Assembly (NCBI RefSeq): GCF_009914755.1
Contig: NC_060941.1
Strand: one strand, 5' to 3'
DNA: 64,000 nucleotides
Origin: the human T2T-CHM13v2.0 reference genome, Homo sapiens
The position numbers and the translations under genes were made by a program. This document shows positions 27,874-57,697 of this stretch, in pieces. A model generated the notes under the pieces. It was not told where the DNA came from. It saw only the letters and a list, made by a program, of their open reading frames with translations, and did not search any database. Every line of letters starts with the position of its first letter. The first letter of the stretch is position 1.

Positions 27874-27906
<33 letters not shown>
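27874..27906. repeat. (AAT)11 Alu tail
   Basis: Read directly. Confidence 0.95.
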
Positions 27907-27907
<1 letters not shown>

Positions 27908-28580
27908 TGTACAACTCATTGGTTTTTAGAATGTTCAGAGTTGTGCAGTCATTACCATAGTTGGTTTTAGAACATTTTCTTCTTCCTAGAAAGGAACCCC
28001 ATACCCATTAGCTGTCACTTCACATTTTCTCTCACTGCCATTAGTCCCTGGGAACCACTAATCTGCTTTCTGTCTCTCTAGATTTGCCTGTTCTGGACAT
28101 TTCATATAAATGAGATTATACAATGTGTGGTCTTTTGTGTCTGGCTGTCTTCACTCAACATAATATTTTCAAGGTTCATCCATGTTGGAGCATGAATCAA
28201 TACTTCATTTTATGATCAAATAATGCTGTGTTACATGGATAGTCCACATTTTGTCTCTCTCTTCGTATTTCATGTTGATAGAAAAAATTTTTTTTCTACT
28301 TTTTAACTTATGAATGGTGCTGCAGTAAACATTTGTGTACAAGTTTTTGTGTGGACATGTGTTTTCTCTTCTCTTGGATACGTACCTAGGTTTAGAACTG
28401 CCAGGTCATACAGTAACTTCATGTTTAAACTTTCAAGGAGCTGCCAGACTGTTTTTCAAAGCAGCTGCGCCATTTTACATTCCCACAGCCGTGAGTTGGG
28501 GGGGGGCTCCAGTTTCTCTGCATCCCTCCAGTACTTGTTATTATCTTTTTTGCCATACCTATCCTAGTGGGTGTGAGGTT
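27907..28580 (-). mobile_element. L1MB-type 3' end (antisense)
   Basis: gatttgcctgttctggacatttcatataaatg and ggagctgccagactgtttttcaaagc. Confidence 0.8.
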
Positions 28581-29054
28581 ATCAAATCTTAACCTAAGAA
28601 ACACAGGCTGGGCGCGGTGGCTCACGCCTGTAATCCCAGCACTTTGGGAGGCCGAGGCCGGTGGATCATGAGGTCAGGAGGTCGAGACCATCCTGGCTAA
28701 CGCGGTGAAACCCCGTCTCTACTAAAAATACAAAAAAATTACTTGAGCGTGGTGGCGGGCGCCTGTCGTCCCAGCTTACTTGGGAGGCTGAAGCAGGAGA
28801 ATGGCATGAACCCAGGAGGCAGAGCTTGCAGTGAGCTGAGATGGCATCACTGCACTCCAGGCTGAGCGACAGAGCAAGACTCCGTCTAAAAATAAATAAA
28901 TAAATAAATAATTGAAACATTGACTTGAGACATAGATCCACTGTGTTTTCCTGTCGTGGCAAGCCTCAGATTTGAGAAGCTGTCACATTTCCAGATCAAA
29001 CCATGAAGCTACTTGGCTTTCTGATGCTGTGGTTTTTTTTCTTTTGCTTCACAG

Positions 29055-29213
29055 GTGGTGGTCACCAATACAATTCCACATGAAGTCCAGAAGCTCCAGT
29101 GCCCCAAGATTAAAACTGTGGATATCAGCATGATCCTTTCAGAGGCGATCCGTCGGATCCACAATGGGGAGTCCATGTCCTACCTTTTCAGAAACATAGG
29201 CTTAGATGACTGA
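29055..29213 (+). CDS. PRPSAP2: PRPSAP2 last coding exon, [52 protein letters not shown]
   Basis: Acceptor ttttgcttcacag at 29054 and TGA at 29211-29213. PRPS-family C-terminal motifs VVTNTIP and [16 protein letters not shown]. Confidence 0.97.
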   Translation: MVVTNTIPHEVQKLQCPKIKTVDISMILSEAIRRIHNGESMSYLFRNIGLDD

Positions 29214-29783
29214 GTTTTCCTTTAGGAAAACTCCCGAGGGCCAAACTGGAAACATAAGAGTGACTGCTCGGTGGGATGGATTTCACAGGAACCGTCATGC
29301 TTGTTCCTCCCTCTCCCCTGTAACCTCACTTCTTATTGATTCCTAAGAAGATAGACCAACTTTTTATGTCGGTTTGGGTGTTTGTGAGTTTGGGGAGCAA
29401 TTTTTATAAAAGAAAAACTTTATTCTCCTCTTTTGAAAAGGTAAGACCTCGTTTTAGTTGTAACTGTTTAAAAAATAACACTTGGAATAAGATTTGTAAG
29501 CTCACAAAGCCTTCTTCCAAAGTTGCTTGAGCCAAGTGCTTAAAAAGTTAATAAAATAAAATGATCTGTATGATACCTGCAATTGAAAAGCCGAAAAGAT
29601 TATACTGTCAAGTCCAGTAAATGACATTTTTAGAGATGCTTTTGTAGACAAGCATATGGAATATGTGATTGTATTTATTTTCTGCAACTAAAAAAGGAAT
29701 AAAAACTTGTGTTTGTGTGTTTTTCTAAAACTTTGTGTTTTGGCAATCGTTTTATAACTAAAATAAAATGAAAGCTAAATCTA
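29214..29783 (+). other. PRPSAP2: PRPSAP2 3' UTR (3' end approximate)
   Basis: Repeat-free AT-rich sequence after the stop codon, ending in clustered AATAAA signals with GT-rich downstream elements. Confidence 0.75.
29550..29767 (+). terminator. Polyadenylation signals AATAAA at 29550/29555, 29698 and 29762
   Basis: Hexamers read directly. GT-rich tracts follow 29703 and about 29785. Confidence 0.7.
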
Positions 29784-30062
29784 CACGCTGTGAATGTTGA
29801 AATGTTCATCAGCTTGTTTTCTCTTCTGCAGCTTTGTGGGGGATGCAGTAGCCTCTCAGAGATGTGATATCCTCTGTTCTGACAATTTGTCCAAGGCCCT
29901 GAAAGTTCCCGATGTGTAGTCATTTGATTGAGGAGGGGGAGGAGCTGGAATCTCAGCATGCAAGGCCACAGGCAGCAGAGAAGCCAGTGGTCACCATCTG
30001 CCATTGGTCTTGGTGTGGCTTTGCCTCTCTTCCGTGGCTGGCTGTTCTCCATCATGCTCTAG

Positions 30063-30450
<388 letters not shown>

Positions 30451-32240
30451 TCATCTGTCTTTAGAGTTTAGGACCCTGAGCTTCCCCAGAGTCCATTGGA
30501 GTGGCCTCCCCTGGAGCACTGGCACTGGGGTTTACACACCCCTGTCCTCCCACTCAGCCTGACTTATGGAGGAATATGTAGACTTGCTCATAAAAACTAA
30601 TTTTTCTTCCTCCCCAAACACCTTAAACCTTTGCTTTCTGCTTGTCTGTGTTAGAATCTGGAATAAAATAGTTTATTTAGCACAAAATTAGGATCAGTCA
30701 CCAGCCACGCTGGCCTTCTCTGTGCTCCACAGAGAGCAGCGTGGCCCGAGGGCTTGCCCCAGTAGGCCAGGGCCTTGTTTGTGCAGAAGCACCAAGGGCT
30801 CTGCTTCTGGAAGCTGCCCAAGTGTTCCGTGGGCTCTTGCACACTCAGCAGTGCCACCCCTCACACCTAGTTTACTTGAGGAAACAGCTTTGAGGGAAAG
30901 GTGTTCATTCTCTCCCCAAGTTTCCAAATCCAGTTAATGATAGAGCTATTTACTTTGAAGAAGTGTCCTTGCTTTCTGTGAACCTGTCCCTAGAAATGGG
31001 GCCTCTCGATCTTCGGAATGAATTGGCTTAGGGCATGGGATGGTAGCTGGTGGCTTCTTTGCCAGTGCAGCTCTGTCAGTTGCAGGCTGGAGACCACCCA
31101 GTTTCCACATTTGGAAGAAGAGCTTTGGGAGCAAGGTGTCACCACCCATGAGAGTGGAGCCTGCCTGTGGTGCCAGGACCTCCCACTGTTGCTGTGAAAT
31201 GAGCTGAAGAGGCTTCAGTAAATCTCACAGCTCCAGCCTCTGATGGGTTTGGGTTTTTTCTTACCTTCTGCCGTTTGGATGCTGCCTAACCATTTGCTAC
31301 TATAGATGACGGTTGAAGTTGCCATGTGGTTTGGCTTTATAACAAGTGACAGGCACTTCCTGAACAGCCATGGGGCATCCCCTGGGGTGGCTGTGCTGGC
31401 ACAGTGGCCCTCCCATGGTTTGGGAATGGTGGTGCTGCACTAGCACGGAGGACAGGTTCTGCTCTGGGTTCCTTGGAGATGCAGTGGGCTCTCAAGCTCC
31501 TTCAGTGGGAGGTTTCCTCCTGCCACTGTGTCCAGTGAGCTTTGACCTCTGGTTTTTCTTGGCATGTCATCCTTCATGAAGAAAAGTCATATTTACAGAA
31601 GTGAATGGAAACATGTTTTATGGGAGTGTTTTCCTCTGGGTAATGAACTTGGCTAAAGCTAGGATCCTTCACACCCACAGAGACTCGAAGGTCTGCCCTG
31701 AGTTGGCTCTGGAAGAACATGAAGATGAGTGCTGGGAGGAGCCACGGGTGGGGCATGTGCCAGGGGATGGCTGACAGGGCTGAGGCCCAGGAAAGACAAC
31801 TGGCAGATGATGGTGGAGGAGAGTGGAGTGCCACGTCCTGGCCCGCCGGGCTGGGGCAGGAGGATGGAAGCCTTCAAGGGGCAAGTCAGGTTCTGTGGTG
31901 TGGTGGGGAGTGCTGGGGGACTCTCAGGGCTTCAGGAGTGCCCAGTAAGGACACCCAAACCCCTCAGCCATCCTCTTCCCTGTCTAGAGGAGGCCCCAGA
32001 TACAGTTTCTCCGTGTGTTGTAGGCTTTTCTTTGGCCAGAGAAGCCATTTACCCTCTAGACTACTGTCTTTGCTAGAGACAGAGACAATCTCTGTGGCCA
32101 GAGATAATGGGGAAGTGAACCCAGAAATTCTATGACAGAAAACAGGCTGATCGTTTCCAGTTCTGACTGTGACGTCATCACTTGACAGACTCGTGGTTAA
32201 AGCAATGCTCTCGAGGCATCAAGAACACAGGATGCCACTA

Positions 32241-32504
<264 letters not shown>

Positions 32505-32589
32505 TCACACCGCTGTACTCCATGCTGGTGACAGAGTGAGACTCTATCTCAAGAAAAAAAAGTCTGAAATGCTAAATTTTATGTTGTAT

Positions 32590-45930
<13,341 letters not shown>

Positions 45931-46522
45931 TTAAATGCATTCTCCCTCAATAATGATAAAAAAAGAATAGGTTTCTGGGATTGAAGGGCCTCAGGGGCCT
46001 CAGCATCTGAAGATTCCTCAGTTGCCTGGGCTCCTTGGACCTCTTGCAGTGATGTGGCAAGGGTAGACCCTGTGCCGGTCACTGGAGGAGCGGGGTGACG
46101 GGTGGGTGGGGGCAGATACTACTGTGTCGTGTGGCAGCACAGCCACTAGCCCAGCAGGGCCAGGGATGCACAGAAGAGGGAGGAGCCAAGGAAGGCTTCA
46201 GAGAGGCAGTGATGTCTCAGTACCGTCTTGAAGGATGAGTAGCAGTTCACCAAGCAGACTGAGAGGTAGGGGGACTTGAGGACACCCAGGGAGGAACTGA
46301 GGGCAGCAGAAGATGGAGCTGGGTCGGGGGAGGGCCAGGTTCCAGGGCCCCTGGTGCCGAGCCCAAGGCCTTGCACTTGATCTCTGGAGCAGTAAAGGCT
46401 GTTGAAGGTAAGTTTGAAACAGGAGTGTCATGTCCAGGGTTAGGCTTTTAGGGTGTTCTGACATACTGTGCGTGGTGAGTAGATTCAAAAGGATAAGACT
46501 GGAGGCCAGGGATCAGTCCCTC

Positions 46523-47280
46523 CCCACCTGTGCTGGACGCCTGGTCTGCATCGGTTCCATTACCTCCCAGCAGCCCTTCCCGGCTGCCTTCACTTCCCTT
46601 CCACTCTGCTGCTCTGCCGGCTGAGCTCAGGGTCCTCCCATCCAGGTGCCCACTCAACCACTCCCTTCGAGGGCCTGAGGCTTAACAGTCCAACCTCCAT
46701 CACTCCCTGCACAAACCCAACCTCACCCAAAGCTCAGTGGGCTTGGCTGGGACCCCAGGGGAGGAGGGGGGTCATTCCTTCCCACTGAATACCTGTCACG
46801 AGCCATGCTGGGTGGTGGAGTTTAATGTTAAAAGGGCAGATTCGAGAGCTGGACAATTTGGGTTCAAAGTCCTCCTCTGTCTCTTAGTTGCTGTGTGACT
46901 TTGAGCAAGTTCCTCTGTTTCTCTGTGCCTCGGATTTTCCATCCCTCAAGGAGTTGGGAGAGTTGAGGGTGGACGATGCGTGGGCACATGGTGACTGCTC
47001 GGTAGGTGTCTGTAACCATGGTAAAGATGAAGCTGTGGGCTGGCCCCTGGGGTCCCAGCCGAGCCCACTGAGCTTTGGGGAGGGTGGGTTTGGGTGGGGA
47101 GTGATGGAGGGTGGACTCTCAAACCTGAAGCCCTCAAGGGGAGTGGTCAAGAGGGTACCTGGATGAGAGAATGCAGCGCTCGGCCAGCAGAGCAGCGGAG
47201 TGGAGGGAAGTGAAGGCCGCCTGGAAGGGCTGCGGGGAGGTGACCAACCAATGCAGATGCAGGTACCCAGCACAGGTGGG
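46523..47280. repeat. Inverted repeat with ~240-bp arms (46523-46761 and 47044-47280) and a 282-bp spacer
   Basis: The reverse complement of the right arm aligns end to end with the left arm, for example cccacctgtgctgg and aaagctcagtgggct.ggctgggaccccagggg. Confidence 0.92.
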
Positions 47281-47653
47281 CAGGTGAGCATTCAGGAAAT
47301 GGTTGTCTGGGACCCACCACCCTTCACAAAGCACCTGGCAACACTCTCCTTGAGCCTCTGTATCAGTGGAAGGAAACTGCTTGACCTGGCTGGTGAGGGG
47401 AGCCCAGGCAGGGTCGGGGGCACCCCTAGGGGCCAGCTTGCTGGTCTAAACCAAGGCCAAGGCCAGAGGTCTTACAAAAAAGCCCAGCCCACACCAAAGC
47501 ATAAAAAGTGATAACTTGGGCCGGACACAGTGGCTTACGCCTGTAATCCCAGCACTTTGGAAGGCTGCTTGAGCCCAGGAGTTTGACAACAGCCTGGGCA
47601 ACATGGTGAGACCCTGTCGCTATAAAAAAATACCCACAAAACTTTGCTGGCTA

Positions 47654-47890
<237 letters not shown>

Positions 47891-49217
47891 TTATATATAA
47901 TGAGAGGATAAACATGGATATGGGTCTATATTCTCTAGCTTGCTTTTTTCACTTACAAGTGTATCATCCTTCCATGCCATTATATAAAGCCACCTCATCT
48001 TTTTAATGGTCATGGTGTTCCATGGTTTGGAGGTCTCATAATTCACTCACCACCTTCTCTGGGTGGTTATGTAGGAAATTTCTAAACTTTTTGGCTGCCC
48101 TGAGCACGCTTGCCCTTGTAGCTTAGGACTCTTGGGGAGTTTCTCCATCAGGACAGACAAGCAGACAATACTTAGCAGGAATAAATGATCAGTCTTGTGC
48201 TTATTGCAAAAGCAGGAGCAACAGATAAGCTGGAACTAGACTTGGCAGGCAGGCAGAGAGAGGCCCTGGAGGGATTCGCTGCAAGCTGCCGCAGATGACC
48301 GTGGGCTCCCTTCATGGGCTCCCTTCACTCATGTGCAGTCCGTTCCAGTGCTGCCCAGCTCATCACATGGTTGGTCATGCCTTGGTCACAGTTCTGAAGC
48401 ACTTAAGAAAGAAACTCATAAGCTCATAGATGCCCCACACACAAGATACAAATGGCTCCAGTCGTCCTGCTTAGGCTCTGCTGACCCCTCCACATCCCGT
48501 TCCTGGTTCTCATGAGTCTGAGGGACTTCTTCCGGGGATGGAAGAGGCTTCAAGGGGTGTGGTACGGATGACTTCTCAGCTAGGACGGTCTTCATGTTTC
48601 TTGGGGTGAGTGAATAGGTGATCCCGTTGGGTCAGGTGGGGTGGGAATGTGGGTGTGACTGGGCTTCGGGTGGCGTTTCTTCTCCCGCAGACATGGCTGG
48701 GCTTGTTTGGTACTTCTCCCTCCATGTCCTCCGCTGCCACCCTCCTCCTGTCCCCGTCCTTCAGGACAGAACCAGCAAATCAGTCTCAGCCCCTTAAGAG
48801 CACCTTTACTGGTGCTTTCTTTCCCTAGGATTTTTTTTCTCTTTTTTCATTTTTTTCCATTTAAACTCAGTGGCAAAAATCCCAAGGACTTTTGATCCAA
48901 AGGCGGCAGTTATCACTAAGTGGTTTATTTCCTTCTAAGACCTAGCCAACGGTCTCAGAGCCAATGCTGCTGGTACAACTACTCTATTAATGGGATAGTT
49001 TTGGTAAGTCTGGATCCTCCCAGCTGGGTCCTCCTGATCAGTGCAAAGCAGCCTTTTGTTTTAAAACACATTGCAAGCAATGGCTTGGGAAGTAAACACC
49101 ATCTGAGGCTCGCTGGCCAGAGGCAAGGGGAGACGGCAGGCAGTTGAGCCTGCCTGAGGGTTCTCTCAGCAGTGACTTCCTTTTTCCCTTCCTTCTTCTG
49201 CCTAGTCCTGTATGTGA

Positions 49218-49752
<535 letters not shown>

Positions 49753-49942
49753 TGATAGAATTAGTGAGCGAGCGTCCCACTCTGATGGAATCCAGATGGA
49801 ACTCGTCACTGTCACTGCGGTGGAGACGGTGGGGCCACATCTGCACTGAATCCTACTCTGCGCCTTCAATGGCTGCGTAATGGCGGATGGCCATTTCCTT
49901 GACTAGGATGAGACATTGCCTACTCTGCGTGGCTGCTGTGAG

Positions 49943-50059
49943 CGTGAAATGGGATCATGTGCAGAACAGCCACGCATGGTCCGTGAAATGGGATCATGTG
50001 CGGAACAGCCACGCATGGTCCGTGAAATGGGATCATGTGCAGAACAGCCACGCATGGTC
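49943..50059. repeat. 39-bp tandem repeat x3 with one substitution, within a MIR-like remnant
   Basis: cgtgaaatgggatcatgtgc(a/g)gaacagccacgcatggtc at 49943, 49982 and 50021. Confidence 0.97.
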
Positions 50060-50673
50060 CTTGGTGTGTGACAGATATTGGGTCCCTCTGTGGTCCCAGG
50101 CAGACATTGCCCGGGGTGGGGGCCGAATGCATGGTCAAGTTGAGGGGCCTGGGACTGTTTCACGGGTCTAGAAAAAGAAAGCAGAAACGCTGGAAGCAGG
50201 ACTTTATTGTCCGACATGGGGCTGCCTCTGAGCCTGGGCTGTGTTGGCTGGACGTGAGCCATAATGCAGGTGTCCCCCTCCCAAGCCCTGCTCAGTCCAC
50301 TCACAGCCCGATGGCCAAGGGAGGACATGGCTGCCCGCCACGGCAGTATCTTCAGAGGTGAGGCGGTTGTCCCTACGCTCTATGCTTCTTATACAAATTA
50401 GATATAGGTGAAGCCACCCATTAAGCAACCCAGCCTTTCTGGGACTATTTGGGCTGCCTCCGGGTCCACTAAATGCGGTTCATTTTCCCCAAGCCCCCTC
50501 CGAGTTCAAGGAGGCTCCTTCCTTTCCTCCTCCCACTTGCTTCTCCCAGGCTCCCTGACTCCTGCGCTCTGGGATCTGCACCCCACCATGGGGTGAGGAA
50601 GCTGAACTGCATGGTGAGGCAGCTGCCCTGCATGCAGCCACATCATGGGCTGGAGATGCCACTGTCCGCTTGG

Positions 50674-50686
50674 TTTAATGATCAAT
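50674..50686. promoter_or_regulatory. Putative HNF1 site in the SLC5A10 proximal promoter
   Basis: TTTAATGATCAAT versus consensus GTTAATNATTAAC, about 85-97 bp upstream of the ATG of a kidney-expressed transporter. Confidence 0.5.
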
Positions 50687-50770
50687 GAGCTCCCTGCCAG
50701 GAAACCCTTTCTGACCTGGTTTGCCCCTCAGTCCCTCGGGCTCATACCTAGTGCCTGCGGCAGGACAGCC

Positions 50771-50881
50771 ATGGCCGCCAACTCCACCAGCGACCTCCAC
50801 ACTCCCGGGACGCAGCTGAGCGTGGCTGACATCATCGTCATCACTGTGTATTTTGCTCTGAATGTGGCCGTGGGCATATGG
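50771..50881 (+). CDS. SLC5A10: SLC5A10 (SGLT5) coding exon 1, [37 protein letters not shown]
   Basis: Kozak context acagccATGG and donor gtaagg at 50882. 111 nt. SGLT-family first TM segment (ADIIVI..YF....VGIW) and an N-S-T sequon. Confidence 0.96.
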
Positions 50882-51224
50882 GTAAGGGGACCTGTGGTGG
50901 TGTTGGCCAAGTGGGCTCTCAGGGTTGGTGCTTGGGGTGGGAACCGGGGTCCAGCATGTCCCTGTGGTGTCAGCATTGGTCCCAGCTGGTGGCCTAGTGA
51001 TCCTTGTGGTCCTCCTCCCAGCCTGGGGTAGACTTGCTTGGAGACCTTGACCAAGCCCCTTTCTCTCTTTGGGTAATGGCGTCTCCATCTGCAAAGTGAG
51101 GAGGAGGAAATTCTCTCTAACAGGTAACTGGGCTTTTGTGCTGCTGCCCAGCTGGAGTCCTTGGGTGTGGCCCATCAGCCTCCTGGTCCCAGTCTCCATG
51201 GTGTCAGTGACTCCTGTCTGCTTG

Positions 51225-51345
51225 AACAACAGGCTCCCCGGGATTCCCTGGCTGCACCCCAGAGCTGCTGGATCAGAATCCGGAGGCAGGGAGGGCCCTG
51301 GGAACTGGGGGTCTTTATTTTGAACAAGCTCTCTGGGGATTTATG
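51225..51345. mobile_element. MER5A-like DNA transposon remnant
   Basis: caccccagagctgctggatcagaatc...ttttgaacaagctctctggggattt. Confidence 0.5.
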
Positions 51346-51625
51346 TCCTGTGGCCTAGCCCTAGATCATAAGCCGGTTCTTTCTCCCTTCATAACAGTGA
51401 GAAATGAGCAGAGATCTGACCCCACACACAGATTCCAGGGGCAGCGGGGCCCCTGGGGACAGGCTGTTTCATGTGCAGATGGAGAAACCGAGGCTCTGGC
51501 CCTGCAGCAAGGGAAGGGCTCCTCTGGTCTATCGTGGAGGCCTTCCTGAGGGAAGGTGGACACAGCCTGGTCCAGGTCACCTGCTCCACGCTTAGCGCCT
51601 GGGGATGTTGGGCTCCACTTCTTAA

Positions 51626-51877
<252 letters not shown>

Positions 51878-52274
51878 TAGTAGAGACAGAGTTTTACCGT
51901 GTTGGCCAGGCTAGTCTCGAACTCCTGACCTCATGATTTGCCCGCCTCGGCCTCCCAAAGTGCTAGAATTACAGGCGTGAGCCACCGCGCCCGGCCGAGT
52001 ACCCGTTCTTATCTTCCATAACCCCTGGCCTAAGCACGAAGGCCTGGCAAACAGGAGACTGGTCACGTCCCCTCAGCTTCCTGGGCCTCAGTGTTCTGAT
52101 CTGTTATATGGAGACACCACCTACCTGGGGTGAGGTCTGCTATCAAGAGGCCCACACAGGACCAGACCTTGCTGCTGCCATTGGTTCTACAGTGGTAGCA
52201 GTGGTGGTGGTGGTGGCAGTTGTAGCAGTGGTGATTATAAGAGTAGCAGCCGCAGTCATTAAAATTAATTATCA

Positions 52275-52492
52275 CAGGTTGGATTTCAAAAATCTGAAAC
52301 CCAAAATCTGGAACATTTTGAACACCAACATGATGCTCAAAGCAAATGCTCATTGGAGCATCTCAGATTTTAGAGTTTTGGGTTGGGGATGTTCAACTGG
52401 CAGGTATTCTGTAAGTATCTCCAAATCTGAAAGAGTCCGAAATCCAAAACTTTTCTGGTTTCAAATATTTCGGATAACGGCTCCTCAACCTG
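52275..52492. mobile_element. Tigger4a/Zombi-like TcMar-Tigger element
   Basis: caggttg...caacctg TIRs followed by ta, with aatgctcattggagcat core. Confidence 0.8.
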
Positions 52493-52544
52493 TATGTGAT
52501 TAAATATTAACTCACAAGTAGCCCAGTGCTGGCCATCGGCAAAG

Positions 52545-53990
<1,446 letters not shown>

Positions 53991-54460
53991 CACAGATCAA
54001 GAAGTTGAAGCCAACTCTGGCATGGGGGCCTTCGGGGAACCTTAAATGGGTACATGTGGCCCCCAGCAACTGCCAGCAGCCCCCAGAGCCCCAGATATAA
54101 GAAGGCAACTGGCAATGCCCACTATAGGCTTGAAAGATGAGAAGGGTTAGGAAAAAGCATGGGCTGTAAACATAGATGCTTTGGAGTTGTGCAGTGCACA
54201 GCGTACACATCTGGATATGGCCATCCTGGCCAAGACTGTGAGCCTTCAGACTATGCTGCCTTTAGTACGGCAAGATCACGGCACACAAAGAGAAAGTGGT
54301 GGGAGTTGGAGCTGGAGAGAGGCAGGAGCCACATCAAAAGTTCTGAACTGGGTGTGGTGGTGTCCACGTGGTTCCTGCTACTCAGGAAGCTGAGATGGGG
54401 AGATCACGTGAGCCCAGGAGTTCAAGACCCGCCTGGGCAACATAATGAGACCCTGTCTTA

Positions 54461-54877
<417 letters not shown>

Positions 54878-55964
54878 TTAAAGTCAGGAAGAAAGAGACC
54901 TGCATATTGATGGATATATTTTGTGATCCAGCCTTATGTATGTTCTGAAGAGAAATACAAAATTTGTATCTAAATACCTGTCCTGTGTCCCTCTTTTCAA
55001 ATTCTTCTGTTTTTTCTTTTTTCTTTCTGTTTTTTTTTTTTTTTTTTTTTCTGTTTTGAGACAGAGTCTTGCTCTGCAGCCCAGGCTGGAGGGCAGTGGC
55101 GCCATCTTGGCTCACTGCAGCCTTGACTTCCTGGGCTCAAGTGATCCTCCCACCTCAGACTCTAGAGTAGCTGGGATTACAAGCATGCACCACCACGCCC
55201 AGCTAATTTTAAAACTTTTTATAGAGACAGAGTTCCACTATGTTGCCCAGGCTGGTCTTGAATCCCTGGCTTGAGTAACCCTCCTTCCTTGGCCTCCCAA
55301 AGTGTTGGGATTACAGGCATGAGCCACCACGCCTGGATGATTTAACTTAAATTTCTCCCATCCAAATAGCACTAAAGACAGGCTTGAAAAATCCATGTAC
55401 TCACTGACCCTTATCTCAGCATGCTACGTGTACTAACCCACTAAAGCTCATAAAAACCCTGTGAGGGTTAGGAAGCCAAGGCAGGCGGATCACATGAGGT
55501 CAGGAATTTGAGACCAGCCTGGCCAACATAGTGAAACCCCCTCCTACTAAAAACACAAAAAATTAGCCAGGTGTGGTGGTGCGCACCTGTAATCCCAGCT
55601 ACTCGGGAGGCTGAGGCAGGAGAACCGCTCGAACCCGGGAGGTGAAGGTTGCCGTGAGCCAAGATCTGTCACTGCATTCCAGCCAGGGTGACGGAGTGAG
55701 ATTCTGTCTCAAAAAACAAAACAAAACAAAATTCATGAAGGAAGAACTTCTTAGGACCACATTACAGAGGAAGAAACCAAGGCATACGCGTTCAGTAACT
55801 TGCCCCAGGTAACACGGCCAGGAAGCAGGGAAGACAGGATTTTACTCTCAGACGTTCCGACTCCAGAATTTTTATTCCACTTACATGGAGGACAAAATTC
55901 TATACTCCCCGTAAACCAAAGGCATGTGGGAATACGTAGGTAAGGAGCTGACTGCTTCTGTTCT

Positions 55965-57222
<1,258 letters not shown>

Positions 57223-57244
57223 TGTCTCTTTTCTCCTCTTGCAG

Positions 57245-57316
57245 TCCTCTTGTCGGGCCAGTAGGAACACGGTGAATGGCTACTTCCTGGCAGGCCGGGA
57301 CATGACGTGGTGGCCG
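57245..57316 (+). CDS. SLC5A10: SLC5A10 coding exon 2, [24 protein letters not shown]
   Basis: Polypyrimidine tract plus gcag acceptor, donor gtgagt. 72 nt. SSS-family GYFLAGR motif. Confidence 0.97.
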
Positions 57317-57697
57317 GTGAGTGCACCCTGACTTCTCACACACCCCCACTTTGTCCGTGGGGCTGTGTCTGATCTCTAGGTCACCTGGCATCTGTATCTT
57401 TGAGCCAGTCCAATTCAGTGGAGCAGGCCGGAGGCTGGCAGGAGGTCCCCAAGTGAGGGGCATAGGGCTGAGCTGCTAGAAATTGTGTAAGGGGCAGGGG
57501 CTATGGAGTCTGAAACTTACATCCGCTCCTTAGCTGTGCAGCTAGTCATGGGTAGAACACACACCCTGGGCTCCTCATCCGTGAGGTGGGGCTAGGACCC
57601 CGCTTAGGTTTGTGAGGATGAGGGAGAAGCTATTAGGCCCAGGATGGGGCCGGCGCAGGGAGCCTGCTGCTGATGCGTTTCCCTTTCTCTCCTCCAG

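Larger units (their letters stand above)
26305..28910. mobile_element. Alus at 26305-26598 (-), 27590-27906 (+) and 28606-28910 (+, AluY-like)
   Basis: Alu consensus. Confidence 0.9.

Noticed and set aside
50712-50726. Nuclear-receptor direct repeat TGACCTGGTTTGCCC
   Set aside because: Only one good half-site, which is too weak to call.
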